A stretch of DNA of 64,000 nt from an uncultured Thermoproteales archaeon (GTDB lineage Archaea; Thermoproteota; Thermoprotei; Thermofilales; B20-G17): the NCBI GenBank assembly GCA_965368245.1, contig CBDUMD010000002.1:54772-118771 (forward strand), read 5' to 3'. This document shows positions 47,063 to 56,289 of this stretch, one piece after another. How positions within the stretch are numbered: position 1 is the stretch's first letter; each line of letters begins with the position of its first letter. The notes beneath the pieces are model-generated. The model was not told the origin of the DNA. It made no database searches and saw only the letters and a list, made by a program, of their open reading frames with translations. The position numbers were made by a program, and so were the translations under genes.

Positions 47063-47611
47063 ATGAAAAAGGGTCTAGTAATCGCCGTAAGCGGGCAGGT
47101 TGGTGCAGGAAAAACAACCTACGCTAAAAAGTTAGCGGAGACCTTTGGCCTACGTTATGCTTCAAGCGGAGGGCTTTTCAGAAAGCTTGCTGAGGATCTA
47201 GGGGTATCTTTAATTAAGCTACATGAAATGGCTGAAACCGATCCAAAATATGATCTAATGGTAGATGAACGTGCTAGAAAATTAGCTGAAGAGGGGAATA
47301 TTGTAATAGAGGGGCATCTAGCTGCATGGGTTCTCCAGGACATCGCTGATATATTAATACTACTAAAGGCCCCCCTGGAAGTTAGGGCAAAGAGGTTGGC
47401 AGAGAGAGACGGTAAAACAGTTGACAAGGCTCTAGAGGAGATAAAATTAAGGGAGGAGAGTAATCGAAGAAGATGTCTAAAATACTATGGTAAAAACATG
47501 GATGACTGGACAATATTTGACATAATAATTGATACAAGCAAGCTAGATATAAACCAAATATTCAATGTATTGAAAACATTTGTGGAAGCTTATATCAGTA
47601 AACAACGGTAA
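47063..47611 (+). CDS. cmk: cytidylate kinase (archaeal type)
   Basis: P-loop VSGQVGAGKTT and YASSGGLFR. The position directly after rpl34e matches conserved archaeal synteny. Confidence 0.85.
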   Translation: MKKGLVIAVSGQVGAGKTTYAKKLAETFGLRYASSGGLFRKLAEDLGVSLIKLHEMAETDPKYDLMVDERARKLAEEGNIVIEGHLAAWVLQDIADILILLKAPLEVRAKRLAERDGKTVDKALEEIKLREESNRRRCLKYYGKNMDDWTIFDIIIDTSKLDINQIFNVLKTFVEAYISKQR

Positions 47612-47782
47612 TTTTTAAATTACTAAGACTTCACATTTGAACGATTTTCGGTATTTTTAACCTCTGAAGTAAGCTCATGAATAAGTGTAAGGAGTTATAG
47701 AAGACTTTGGGAAGTAATCAACTAAGTGAATAATTTAAAATAAAGAAAGTGTGAAGCCAGGGGGCCTAAGACAGCTGCTTTA

Positions 47783-47856
47783 TAGCGGGGGGTGGATTTG
47801 AACCACCGACCTCCGGGTTATGAGCCCGGCGGGATACCTGGCTTCCCCACCCCGCT
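47783..47856 (-). tRNA. initiator tRNA-Met (CAU)
   Basis: The reverse complement folds as AGCGGGG-UG-GGGA-AGCCAGGUA-UCCC-G-CCGGG-CUCAUAA-CCCGG-AGGUC-GGUGG-UUCAAAU-CCACC-CCCCGCU-A. It has an A1:U72 pair and three G:C pairs closing the anticodon stem, which are initiator hallmarks. CCA is not encoded. A TATA-like atatttatag lies about 10-19 nt upstream (complement of 47866-47875). Confidence 0.85.
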
Positions 47857-48113
47857 GGCTTCAGGTTTTACTATAAATATCGGCTGGATAAAAACTTTAC
47901 GTCCCCTTACGGTTACTGGTTTCGAATAATAAATGAGAATCAATATAATTCCATGTACATGTATATGTAAATTACATTTTTCCACCAACTTCCTACCCTA
48001 TACCTGTTTTTCTCACGTTAAGTCTCTTTAACCAGCTGGACGATGGACTACTTTCTTTCTGCTTGGATGAAACGTCTAAAAGAAGTTGTAAGAAGAAGTC
48101 TCGTTAACCTAAC

Positions 48114-48521
48114 TTATTTCGATTCTTCTAGCGATTTCAACATCTCATCTAGGCTTACTGCATTGCTACACTTTTCTAGAACTTCCTCATCCTCTGTAAC
48201 CAATTTCAAACCTGATTTTTCAGCAACATACACGTATGATGCATCGTAGAACGTTAAATCTCTTTCAACCGCCGTCTTTAAGACCTCCTCTAGATCATCC
48301 ACCGCTAGCCTGTCCAACGGAGCCAATGCTTCTCGAAAGAGGGCCGCAGAATTGCCCAAATCTCTAATCCTCCCCCTCTTATATTCTTTCCATAAAACGT
48401 TACCCACCTCGTATACCGTCAAATCTAGCACCGCTAGCTTATCAGCATAAGATAGAATTCTCTCTCGTAACCTTAGAATTAAAGGATAGAGAGCAGAAGT
48501 ATCTACAAGAAAATCAGGCAT
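48114..48521 (-). CDS. vapC: PIN-domain toxin VapC
   Basis: MPDFLVDTSALYPL (first acidic residue), DLTVYEVGNVL and TFYDASYVYVA. I prefer the internal ATG at 48521-48519, which overlaps the vapB stop (TAATG). The ORF track extends the ORF to 48560. Confidence 0.8.
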   Translation of the reverse strand: MPDFLVDTSALYPLILRLRERILSYADKLAVLDLTVYEVGNVLWKEYKRGRIRDLGNSAALFREALAPLDRLAVDDLEEVLKTAVERDLTFYDASYVYVAEKSGLKLVTEDEEVLEKCSNAVSLDEMLKSLEESK

Positions 48522-48754
48522 TATCTCTTCCTCCTGGACTCCCTCACAGCTCCAACCCACTCCTCGACGCTAACATCCATGTTCTCCAAAGCCTTTTTTA
48601 GAAGTTCCCTAAAATAGCTCTGCTTCACCCTTAGAATTTCCTCTTGGAGAGCTTTCTCAACCACGCTTCGGATGTCTATACCCAATTCCTCAGCCTCCTC
48701 CTTTAACTCTCTTCTAACCCTAACAGATAAAACCACTGTAGACATCAAAACCAC
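48521..48754 (-). CDS. vapB: ribbon-helix-helix antitoxin VapB
   Basis: VVLSVRVRRELKEEAEELGIDIRSVVEKALQEEI is a typical RHH beta-strand plus two helices. The ORF lies directly upstream of and overlaps vapC. Confidence 0.7.
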   Translation of the reverse strand: MVLMSTVVLSVRVRRELKEEAEELGIDIRSVVEKALQEEILRVKQSYFRELLKKALENMDVSVEEWVGAVRESRRKR

Positions 48755-48763
48755 TCACAACTA

Positions 48764-48800
48764 TTGTATACAAAAATTGTATATAAAATTTTGTATACAA
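48764..48800. promoter_or_regulatory. vapBC promoter/operator: three tandem TTGTATA(C/T)AA sites
   Basis: The perfect palindrome TTGTATACAA occurs at 48764-48773 and 48791-48800. The variant TTGTATATAAAA at 48777-48788 doubles as the TATA box for the minus-strand vapB. Confidence 0.55.
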
Positions 48801-48900
48801 GTACACATCCAGTATGCAGACAATCATGTAATCTATTTAAATAAAACGTTTTCGCTTGGCATCTTAATTCTGTACTGGAACATAATTTTATTGGACTAAG

Positions 48901-48976
48901 GGCCCCGGGCGGGACTTGAACCCGCGACCTCCGGCTCCACAGGCCGGCGCGCTAACCAGCCTACGCTACCGGGGCC
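48901..48976 (-). tRNA. tRNA-His (GUG) with genome-encoded G-1
   Basis: The reverse complement is G-GCCCCGG-UA-GCGU-AGGCUGGUUA-GCGC-G-CCGGC-CUGUGGA-GCCGG-AGGUC-GCGGG-UUCAAGU-CCCGC-CCGGGGC-C. The extra 5' G pairs with C73, which is the His identity element. Confidence 0.85.
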
Positions 48977-49159
48977 TTCTGCCATTTCATCACTATAGTA
49001 GGCTCGATATATAATTTTCTTTTCTAGCTCGTTTGTGCTGGGTTAAAACAATTTAATATTGTTGTTCTAAGAAAATAGGCTGTTTTTAGGAACTAATATT
49101 GGTGTAGAGGAGTAGAAAAATTAATAAAATGTTTGTGTTCGGTGTAAAAAGGGGTTGAG

Positions 49160-49624
49160 GTGGAGAAGAGTTCGGATTCAATATTCTTGTATTTTTCGCC
49201 TATAATAGAGAGGATTATAGAGTTTGTGGATAAAAATGCAGGGGAGTTTCCCTGGGCTGTGGCGGCGGCTATTAGAATGGGGGTTGAAATAATAATAAAA
49301 ACATTATACATAGACCTCCTTTACCCCAGATCCACGTTAGAGGAGAAATTGGATATGCTTTTTGTTAGGAAGCTTTCTTTCAGGTACGTTGTAAGAAAGC
49401 TGGAGGAAAAAACCGGGAATAAAAACTTAAGGGAGAAAGCTTACCTCCTATGGCTTACCTCTGGAAAATATTTTTCCTCCTCAAACTTTTTCATAAAAAG
49501 TATCACTGAAAGAAAAGATGAAAATGCGATTGAAGATGTTAAAAAGATGCTTAAGGAACTTAAAGAAGTCTGGGAACTCTCGTACATCATGGAAAAAGAA
49601 GGAATCTTCAGCGACCTGAAGTAA
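49160..49624 (+). CDS. hypothetical protein
   Basis: 154-aa helical ORF in an AT-rich islet. No motif recognised and it contains no His residue. Confidence 0.35.
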   Translation: MEKSSDSIFLYFSPIIERIIEFVDKNAGEFPWAVAAAIRMGVEIIIKTLYIDLLYPRSTLEEKLDMLFVRKLSFRYVVRKLEEKTGNKNLREKAYLLWLTSGKYFSSSNFFIKSITERKDENAIEDVKKMLKELKEVWELSYIMEKEGIFSDLK

Positions 49625-49705
49625 AGCCGATTCTATTTATATATCCCACGGTAACTGTATTTCTATTATCTTGAAAAGAAGAGCGACTAGATAAGGTGTT
49701 GAGAG

Positions 49706-50002
49706 GTGTCTTCTCTTCCACAAGAGCTAGAAAGAGCATTGCTAGAAGTTTCAGACATTCTCTCAAGAACAGATATCAGGTGGCTCCTTGTAGGTAGCAC
49801 AGCGAGATATCTGAACGGACTAGATGTTATACCAAAAGATTTAGATATCATTGTTGAAGCTAACAGGGTATACGAGGTTGATAGACTTTTTGCGGCTAAC
49901 TTCCTCGCGGTGAAACGTATCAAATATAGTTCTAGTGAAATTTACTCCAGCCACTATGGAATATTTAAGGTTCATGGTGTTCAGGAAAAGAGAAACGTGT
50001 AA
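49706..50002 (+). pseudogene. nucleotidyltransferase-fold protein, truncated
   Basis: WLLVGSTARYLNGLDVIPKDLDIIVE resembles the G-[GS]-x-A...D-x-D NTase motif. The ORF stops after 98 aa. A plausible continuation (VKDILVLLKTKG) is in another frame downstream. Confidence 0.4.
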
Positions 50003-50334
50003 AAGATATACTCGTGTTGCTCAAGACCAAGGGGAATTAATAGAAAGATCTTAGATAATGTTTTTAAACATATTCCTCTAGAAGCTAAAAATTTAGTTTT
50101 GAAACTGATACAATAGATAAAGGTGTTATAAAGTTTGAGTGCTTTCCAGTTTATGTATGTTTTATGTTGTGTGGTTGCCCGTGCATGGTTGCTGATAAAT
50201 ATTACATGAGGGACGAACTAGGATAAGGTAGCCACAATGGGATCGTAGTTTAGTAGAATAGATTAATAAGTATTTAGGAAAAGTATCCCTTTCTATAAGC
50301 CTATATTTTACTGCCTCGAGGTAATGTTTTAACA

Positions 50335-51675
50335 TTAGAATATTTGCCTTTTAATTCTTCTTAACGCTGACTCGAGGATTTTGAATACGGGATCGGGTAA
50401 GTCGACGAGGTTTGGGACGTAGAGTGGCTCCAGTTTGGATAGATCCTTTATAGGGATTTTCCTTTTTATAGCTAAGGCAAAGAAGTTTAGAATATATGAG
50501 ATGTTTACTTCCCCGAGAATCTGGGCTCCAAGTATTTTCTCCTCGTCGAAAACTATCTTTAGTGTAATCTGGCTTGAATCAGGATAAAATATTGGTTTGA
50601 AGGTTGATGTCATCTTTACGGTTTTCGCCTTTAAATTCCTTTTCTTAGCCTCAGCGTATGTTAGACCGACTGCACCTGCATTAAAGCCTCCAAGCGAAAT
50701 TGCCCAGGAATATAGCGTTCCGTCATACTTTTCTTTTATACCTGAAATGTTTAGACCCGCTACTCTACCCTGCTGGTATGCAGCATTAGCTAACATGGGT
50801 AAAGCAGGTTTACCTTCTATAGCATCCCAAACCTCGGCGCAGTCGCCAGCCGAGTAAACATCGTTAACGCTTGTTTTCATGTTTTCGTCCACCTTTATCC
50901 CTCCCGTCGGCCCTAAAGCTAAACCCATAATTCTAGCTAGTTCCACGTTAGGCAAAGTTCCAACGCTTAAGACAACTAGATCGGCTTCAAATACATTGTT
51001 TTCCGTCAAAACCTTATTAACCCAGTTTCTACCCTGAAATTCCACAACCCTGGAACCCGTAACCACCCTTATTCCTTTTTCCAAAAGAAATTTCTCGACG
51101 TTCTTGGACATATCTGGATCGAATTTACCGGGCAAAATTGTGGGCATTATTTCGATCAAAGTCACCTTTAAGCCAAGTTCCCGTAAGGCGAATGCCGTTT
51201 CGACTCCCAGAGGACCAGCACCAACGACAGTTGCATTCGTCGAAGCTATAGCCCTTTTATGGATGCTTACGCCATCTTCAACGGTTTTCAGCGTGTAGAT
51301 GCCGTTAAGATCGGAGCCGGGGAGCGTTCTCAATTGCCTAGGAATGCTACCTGTAGCCAAAACCAGTACATCATACTCTAAGACAAATCTTTTCCCTGAT
51401 TTAAGATCGCGGCAAAAAACCTTTTTCCCTGTAGAATCTACGTCTTCTACTAGGGTACCGGCATAGATTCTAAACCTGTGGTTTTGATGGGTTTCTTCCA
51501 TTATACTGCTCCATGAGGGTATTTTACCTGCTATGACGTCTGGTATGGAGCAGGGATGATATATCGGGTATGGGCGTTTCTCCACAACTGTTATTTCCCT
51601 TTCTCTACCATAGATGCGTATGAAGCCGGCTGTAGTCATCCCGGCAGTCCCATAACCTATAATCGCAACCTTCAT
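50335..51675 (-). CDS. FAD-dependent pyridine nucleotide-disulfide oxidoreductase (NADH oxidase / CoA-disulfide reductase type)
   Basis: VAIIGYGTAGMT (FAD), a single redox Cys in IYHPCSIP, VVGAGPLGVE (NAD), and SAGDCAE. Confidence 0.85.
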   Translation of the reverse strand: MKVAIIGYGTAGMTTAGFIRIYGREREITVVEKRPYPIYHPCSIPDVIAGKIPSWSSIMEETHQNHRFRIYAGTLVEDVDSTGKKVFCRDLKSGKRFVLEYDVLVLATGSIPRQLRTLPGSDLNGIYTLKTVEDGVSIHKRAIASTNATVVGAGPLGVETAFALRELGLKVTLIEIMPTILPGKFDPDMSKNVEKFLLEKGIRVVTGSRVVEFQGRNWVNKVLTENNVFEADLVVLSVGTLPNVELARIMGLALGPTGGIKVDENMKTSVNDVYSAGDCAEVWDAIEGKPALPMLANAAYQQGRVAGLNISGIKEKYDGTLYSWAISLGGFNAGAVGLTYAEAKKRNLKAKTVKMTSTFKPIFYPDSSQITLKIVFDEEKILGAQILGEVNISYILNFFALAIKRKIPIKDLSKLEPLYVPNLVDLPDPVFKILESALRRIKRQIF

Positions 51676-51962
51676 TTCACATCACTTTCAAGCCTTTGAA
51701 AGGGTTTTCGCATAAAAAAGACGAGTATAAGGACCATTAAAAGAACTATAAGTAAACCCGCAACCAATAACATTACCCCTTGTTCTCCCCACGATAAGGC
51801 AAGTGGGAAGGGTCCTATGAAAACTATGAGGGCTCCGCTTCCAGAGGGCATGCCCTGCATAGCCTCCATGAATAGCAATATACTTCCAGCGAAAACTGTG
51901 ATAAAGCCTGTTAAAATAAGTAATATCCCTAATTTCTGTAGCTTAAGGAAAATATCTTCCAT
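51672..51962 (-). CDS. small membrane protein (DUF131-like)
   Basis: 96 aa with three hydrophobic helices. It overlaps the downstream oxidoreductase by 4 nt. Confidence 0.45.
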   Translation of the reverse strand: MEDIFLKLQKLGILLILTGFITVFAGSILLFMEAMQGMPSGSGALIVFIGPFPLALSWGEQGVMLLVAGLLIVLLMVLILVFFMRKPFQRLESDVK

Positions 51963-52008
51963 GAAACCCCCTCTTTAATATTCTGGTTCTTCTCTTTTGA
52001 ACTTATCT

Positions 52009-54663
52009 CTACCTGTCCCAACGTTCTATGAGGAAAGTGATGATTTTCCATGGCTTTACGCTGAAATTTATTGTATTGTCAACTATGTTTACCGAAGTTA
52101 AAGGTTTCTCATTGAGATCTGTAATCCATCCATTTTTTGCATCGAAACCTAGTTGTATTTGACCTACGGCTTTCTCTCCCTGCATGTTGCAGAAACGAGC
52201 TATAATCAGATCTGAATATTCGTGCTTTTTTAATGCTGTTAAAACGATTTCCCTACTACTCACTTTAAGTAAGCTCTTTGATGTAGGATTCAGGTCAAAA
52301 CTAGTGGTTAACGTTAAGGGTGGGGCAATGTATTCCTGTGCTATGGTGAAAGCTTCTTTCCAAGTGCCGCAATGTGGTATTAAAGTATATTCGAAGACAA
52401 GTTCTCGTTTGCATTGCGCACCGGGTGTAGGTATAGGTGGTCCTGCATGCCCCCTACGTACAATCAAATCGTTTCTGGAGAGCCAGCCAACGGACCTAAA
52501 GAGAGTAAGGAAAATAGTTGCCTCTTCTCCGCTGGACACTTCAACTTCATGTAGTCCCCGGGTTACGACCATTACTCCCCTTTTTCCGTCGGTCACATCT
52601 ATCCAAGATGACATCGGGTAGGTGGTGGGCGGTGCTTCAACCCATTCTCTTTTCTGATAGCAGGTCTTTATTTCCCGTTTTATAACGTAGAATGGTGAAT
52701 CTGTGTAAAAGTAGCTTGTTTTAATGCCTGTTGGAAAAACCACTCTGAATCTATGGTCTTCAGCCACATTATCTACTTTAACTTTAAAGTCTATTCTTCT
52801 GACACCTCTATAGAGCTTTACCTCAACCTGAACGGGGAGCTTCACCTTTTCCATGCTCCTTTGTTGACCGACGATCTTCCTTGGAACCTCCATGTCAAAC
52901 TGTATTCTTAAAGTAGCGGTATACTGCGTCGAGGAGCAAGTCACCTTAGCCCTAAAAGCCGTGCTCCTAATTTTTAGATCCCCCTTAACAGGAGGCGAGT
53001 AGTTGTATTCATCGCCTGCATCCCCTTCATCTATGAACAAGTTAATGTCCTTTAGAATATAGCCGTTTTCTTTATCCAAAATTTCAAGAACTCCTCCCCT
53101 TTCGGGATCGGCTTTCACCCTAAAGAACTCGTTTTCAATCTGGTTTTCACAGGCTCTAACCTTTCTCTCAGGCTCCTCGACCGTGTCTGCTTCCACAAGG
53201 CTATAGGTCTTCAACCCTAGTGACGGAAGATTTTCCGCCATAAACCCCCATCTATAGGCTGGCCCCCATGGTTCTAAAGGCTCAAGAAGGATACGGCTCC
53301 CCTCTGAGTCAATAAGGTAATACTTTTTGTCTGGTTTTAAATCGGTTGAGAGGAATGTGATATAAGAGGATCTTTCCCAAGAAAGGGGGTTGAAGACCAG
53401 AATTCCCCTGCCTTCCTCTTTTCTATAGAAAAGTGAGACTAGGAACCGCGCGGCTTCATAAGCTACATTACTTGCGATAGCTATAGCCTGTAAGAATCTT
53501 ACCTCGTTTTCTAGATGTAGTGGGTCTATGCCACTACCGTAGATCGAATCATGTGCCTGGTTTTGTAGTACGAGCTTCCAGGCTTTTTCTAGGAGCTTCG
53601 CTGGATACGGATACCCGTGGATCATAGCTATAGTTGAGAGGGGTTCAGCATATTTTTCTAGCAAAAGTTCAGCTCTATGGTTCAGCTGTTTAAGGTAAAC
53701 CCTTGTGGATAATACTCCAGCCAGTATAGGATGGTATCGGGCTCCACGCATTTCACCTCTATATATTTTTAAAGCACTTCTATGAGCCCTAACCTTCTTG
53801 ATGTAGTCCTCCAGTCGTCCATGAATTATGTTGAACCCTTTTTTCCTGAAATGCTCTATTATCTTTGGTAAATCTTCCTGAGGGGGCATGTGGTCGCAAC
53901 CGTTCATTAAAAGAATCGTATTCGTGACGGCTGTTACAGAAGCCCTCTTAACGATGTCGATAAAACGTTTATATGCTTTCTCGGGATCGGCTTTTACTTC
54001 ATCCTTATAGTATATTTCGAGAAAGAAGCTTTTCCATCCATCTGGAGCCTCCCACGCCTCCCATCTATAGGGGTTTGAAACACCAAGCATATTGGCATTA
54101 CAGTAGCCTTCCCTTAGATGAATGGCTATCACTTGGGATCCGTCGGGGGCTTCCCAAATAAACTCTCGCCCGAGCTCTTCTCCCTCATCGCCGAGTCCCC
54201 GCATGAAGACAAACGAATCTATATTGAACCCCTTCAATATTTGAGGCATTTGAGGAATATGCCCAAATGTATCTGGAAAGTAGCCTACTTTCATCACCTT
54301 TCCAAATCTCTTGGAGATGCGATGGCCGATCAAAAGATTCCTGATTAGGGATTCACCGCTAACCAAGACTTCATCTGGCTGTGTATAAAGTGGCCCTATA
54401 ATTAGTTTCCCCTCACTAACAAGTTTTTTAATTACATTTTCTTTCTCCGGATGAACCTCCAAGAGATCCTCTATCAATGAGGTTTGGCCATCCAGGACAA
54501 AACAATTAAATTTCCCGTGCTTCTCGAAGAGTTCCTCAAGTTTACGTATAATTTTTAGAAAGCGTATCCTATATTCCTGAAAAGTTAGATACCATTCTCT
54601 ATCCCAGTGAGTGTGAGAAACCACTATAATGTCTTTTTTAATAACATCCCCTTTCTCCCCCAC
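52009..54663 (-). CDS. GH38-family alpha-mannosidase
   Basis: 884 aa with N-terminal VVSHTHWDREW, then PDTFGH and QAHDSI. Confidence 0.85.
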   Translation of the reverse strand: MGEKGDVIKKDIIVVSHTHWDREWYLTFQEYRIRFLKIIRKLEELFEKHGKFNCFVLDGQTSLIEDLLEVHPEKENVIKKLVSEGKLIIGPLYTQPDEVLVSGESLIRNLLIGHRISKRFGKVMKVGYFPDTFGHIPQMPQILKGFNIDSFVFMRGLGDEGEELGREFIWEAPDGSQVIAIHLREGYCNANMLGVSNPYRWEAWEAPDGWKSFFLEIYYKDEVKADPEKAYKRFIDIVKRASVTAVTNTILLMNGCDHMPPQEDLPKIIEHFRKKGFNIIHGRLEDYIKKVRAHRSALKIYRGEMRGARYHPILAGVLSTRVYLKQLNHRAELLLEKYAEPLSTIAMIHGYPYPAKLLEKAWKLVLQNQAHDSIYGSGIDPLHLENEVRFLQAIAIASNVAYEAARFLVSLFYRKEEGRGILVFNPLSWERSSYITFLSTDLKPDKKYYLIDSEGSRILLEPLEPWGPAYRWGFMAENLPSLGLKTYSLVEADTVEEPERKVRACENQIENEFFRVKADPERGGVLEILDKENGYILKDINLFIDEGDAGDEYNYSPPVKGDLKIRSTAFRAKVTCSSTQYTATLRIQFDMEVPRKIVGQQRSMEKVKLPVQVEVKLYRGVRRIDFKVKVDNVAEDHRFRVVFPTGIKTSYFYTDSPFYVIKREIKTCYQKREWVEAPPTTYPMSSWIDVTDGKRGVMVVTRGLHEVEVSSGEEATIFLTLFRSVGWLSRNDLIVRRGHAGPPIPTPGAQCKRELVFEYTLIPHCGTWKEAFTIAQEYIAPPLTLTTSFDLNPTSKSLLKVSSREIVLTALKKHEYSDLIIARFCNMQGEKAVGQIQLGFDAKNGWITDLNEKPLTSVNIVDNTINFSVKPWKIITFLIERWDR

Positions 54664-54848
54664 TTTACGGCCACCATTTTAATGAGTTTTTCCGATAAAA
54701 AATATTTTTGGCAAACCATTGATTCAATTATATAGCCGATGAAGACACTATGGGGGTCGGATAGGTGACGGCCGTCCCGAACGCTGAGGTGTACCTCAGT
54801 CTTATAGCTTCTAAGAAACCGATACACTTAACCTCTACAGGAAAATCC

Positions 54849-54899
54849 TTTGACTCTCTCCCCGCTAAAGCAGGGGTTTTTCTGGCGTCATTTTTGTAA
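54849..54899 (+). repeat. short copy of a repeat element (inverted relative to 58758-58964)
   Basis: tttgactctctccccgctaaagcaggggtttttctggcgtcatttttgtaa. Its left part matches the reverse complement of 58937-58964 and its right part matches the reverse complement of 58758-58797. Confidence 0.75.
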
Positions 54900-54985
54900 T
54901 GCACGATATAGTTGCTTAATTTTAGTAGACATGTTGATTAGAAGGGCTGTAAGATTTCAATTGAAAAGTTGGTTCCAGGAGATGG

Positions 54986-55768
54986 TTAAAGGATTAACAT
55001 ATAGATCCATATCGCTGTTGTGACAATAAACAGTAGTGCCCAAAGGTCCATCCTCCATTGTATTATTTTCCTGCCGTCGAGGGGGCCGAAGGGAAGAAGG
55101 TTAAATACGGCGATATCCGTGTTTATTCGCATAAAAAGGTATGCTAAAAGGCTTGTATTATGCCATGGAAGAGCAAGCAGGGCTAGAAAAATATTGGTGA
55201 GCGGTCCAGCCATCGATATCTTACCTATTTGTTCGCTGGAAGGATATCCCCTTAAAGAATATATTGCAACATATCCTGGCGCGATTATTTTAATGGGAAG
55301 GAATATAGATACTGCTGTTAACATGGCTCCCTGTTTATCCAATCTGAATCTGGCCATAAATCCTTGATTTAAAGCGACATACTTGTGGGCAAGCTCATGT
55401 GAAAGAAAAGCGGTTACGATACTTAATGCAAGCGTTGCAACTAGGATGGGTTCTTGAAGGATCATACCATATCCTAGGGAGAGGTAAACAAATACCACTA
55501 ATATGATGGCTATGAGTAAGTCTCTAACTTCATTAGTTTGAAACAGAAAATCCCGCATTTTCTTTTCGATAGGTGTTTTTCTTGGCGTATAATATTCGTA
55601 TTCCAAAGAGTATCTGGTTGGTGTAACCATCGGCTTCCATGAGCCTCTTTCAAGCTTCGGGCAGTCATGGTTTTCAGGTAAATGATGTTCTACACAGAAT
55701 CTTCCTCCACAGTATTTACATTTGAAAGGCAAGGCTACTTCTTTGCCACAGTAGTCGCAACGTACCAT
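54986..55768 (-). CDS. AN1-type zinc finger fused to an M50/site-2-protease-like membrane metalloprotease
   Basis: N-terminus CDYCGKEVALPFKCKYCGGRFCVEHHLPENHDC (AN1 ZnF), a HExxH motif in SHELAHKY, and several TM helices. Confidence 0.7.
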   Translation of the reverse strand: MVRCDYCGKEVALPFKCKYCGGRFCVEHHLPENHDCPKLERGSWKPMVTPTRYSLEYEYYTPRKTPIEKKMRDFLFQTNEVRDLLIAIILVVFVYLSLGYGMILQEPILVATLALSIVTAFLSHELAHKYVALNQGFMARFRLDKQGAMLTAVSIFLPIKIIAPGYVAIYSLRGYPSSEQIGKISMAGPLTNIFLALLALPWHNTSLLAYLFMRINTDIAVFNLLPFGPLDGRKIIQWRMDLWALLFIVTTAIWIYMLIL

Positions 55769-55884
55769 AAGATCGCCAAGACTAAGTTAGTTATATCCTA
55801 AATTTATTTTTCACTTTTCATACTACATCTTCCTTCATATTTTTAAATTTTAAATGAACCCTTTTTGGAGATAAGTTAATATAT

Positions 55885-56277
55885 ATGTTTGAACAATTGT
55901 TCAAATGTGGTATAATGGCAGAGGTATGTAAAACATTTGAGAAGCACGAAGATAAAATAGAGAAAACATTGAAAAAACTACCCGACGATGAGACGATAGT
56001 TGACATAGCTAATTTCTTCGATGCCCTTGGCGATGCTACACGTGTAAAAATTGTCTTAGCATTAATGCAAGAGGAGTTATGCACCTGTGATTTATCGAAG
56101 ATCACGGGACTTTCTGTTTCAGCCATATCACATCAGCTACGTGTGTTAAAAGATCGAAGGATTGTAACCTATAGAAGAGAAGGGAAAAATGTTTTCTATA
56201 AAATAGATGACGATCACATCCAAAAAATAGTTGAAACCACATTGGTACATCTCAGAGAAAAGTTAGCAAGAAGATAA
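55885..56277 (+). CDS. ArsR/SmtB-family metal-sensing repressor
   Basis: ELCTCDLSKITGLSVSAISHQLRVLKDRRIV, a wHTH with the metal-binding C-x-C on helix 3. Confidence 0.85.
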   Translation: MFEQLFKCGIMAEVCKTFEKHEDKIEKTLKKLPDDETIVDIANFFDALGDATRVKIVLALMQEELCTCDLSKITGLSVSAISHQLRVLKDRRIVTYRREGKNVFYKIDDDHIQKIVETTLVHLREKLARR

Positions 56278-56289
56278 AGGTGGTTTACA

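Noticed and set aside
54624-54827. 67-aa minus-strand ORF in the intergenic region downstream of the mannosidase start
   Set aside because: It overlaps the mannosidase 5' end, has no SD or TATA context, and covers the GC-rich island, which is better explained as non-coding.
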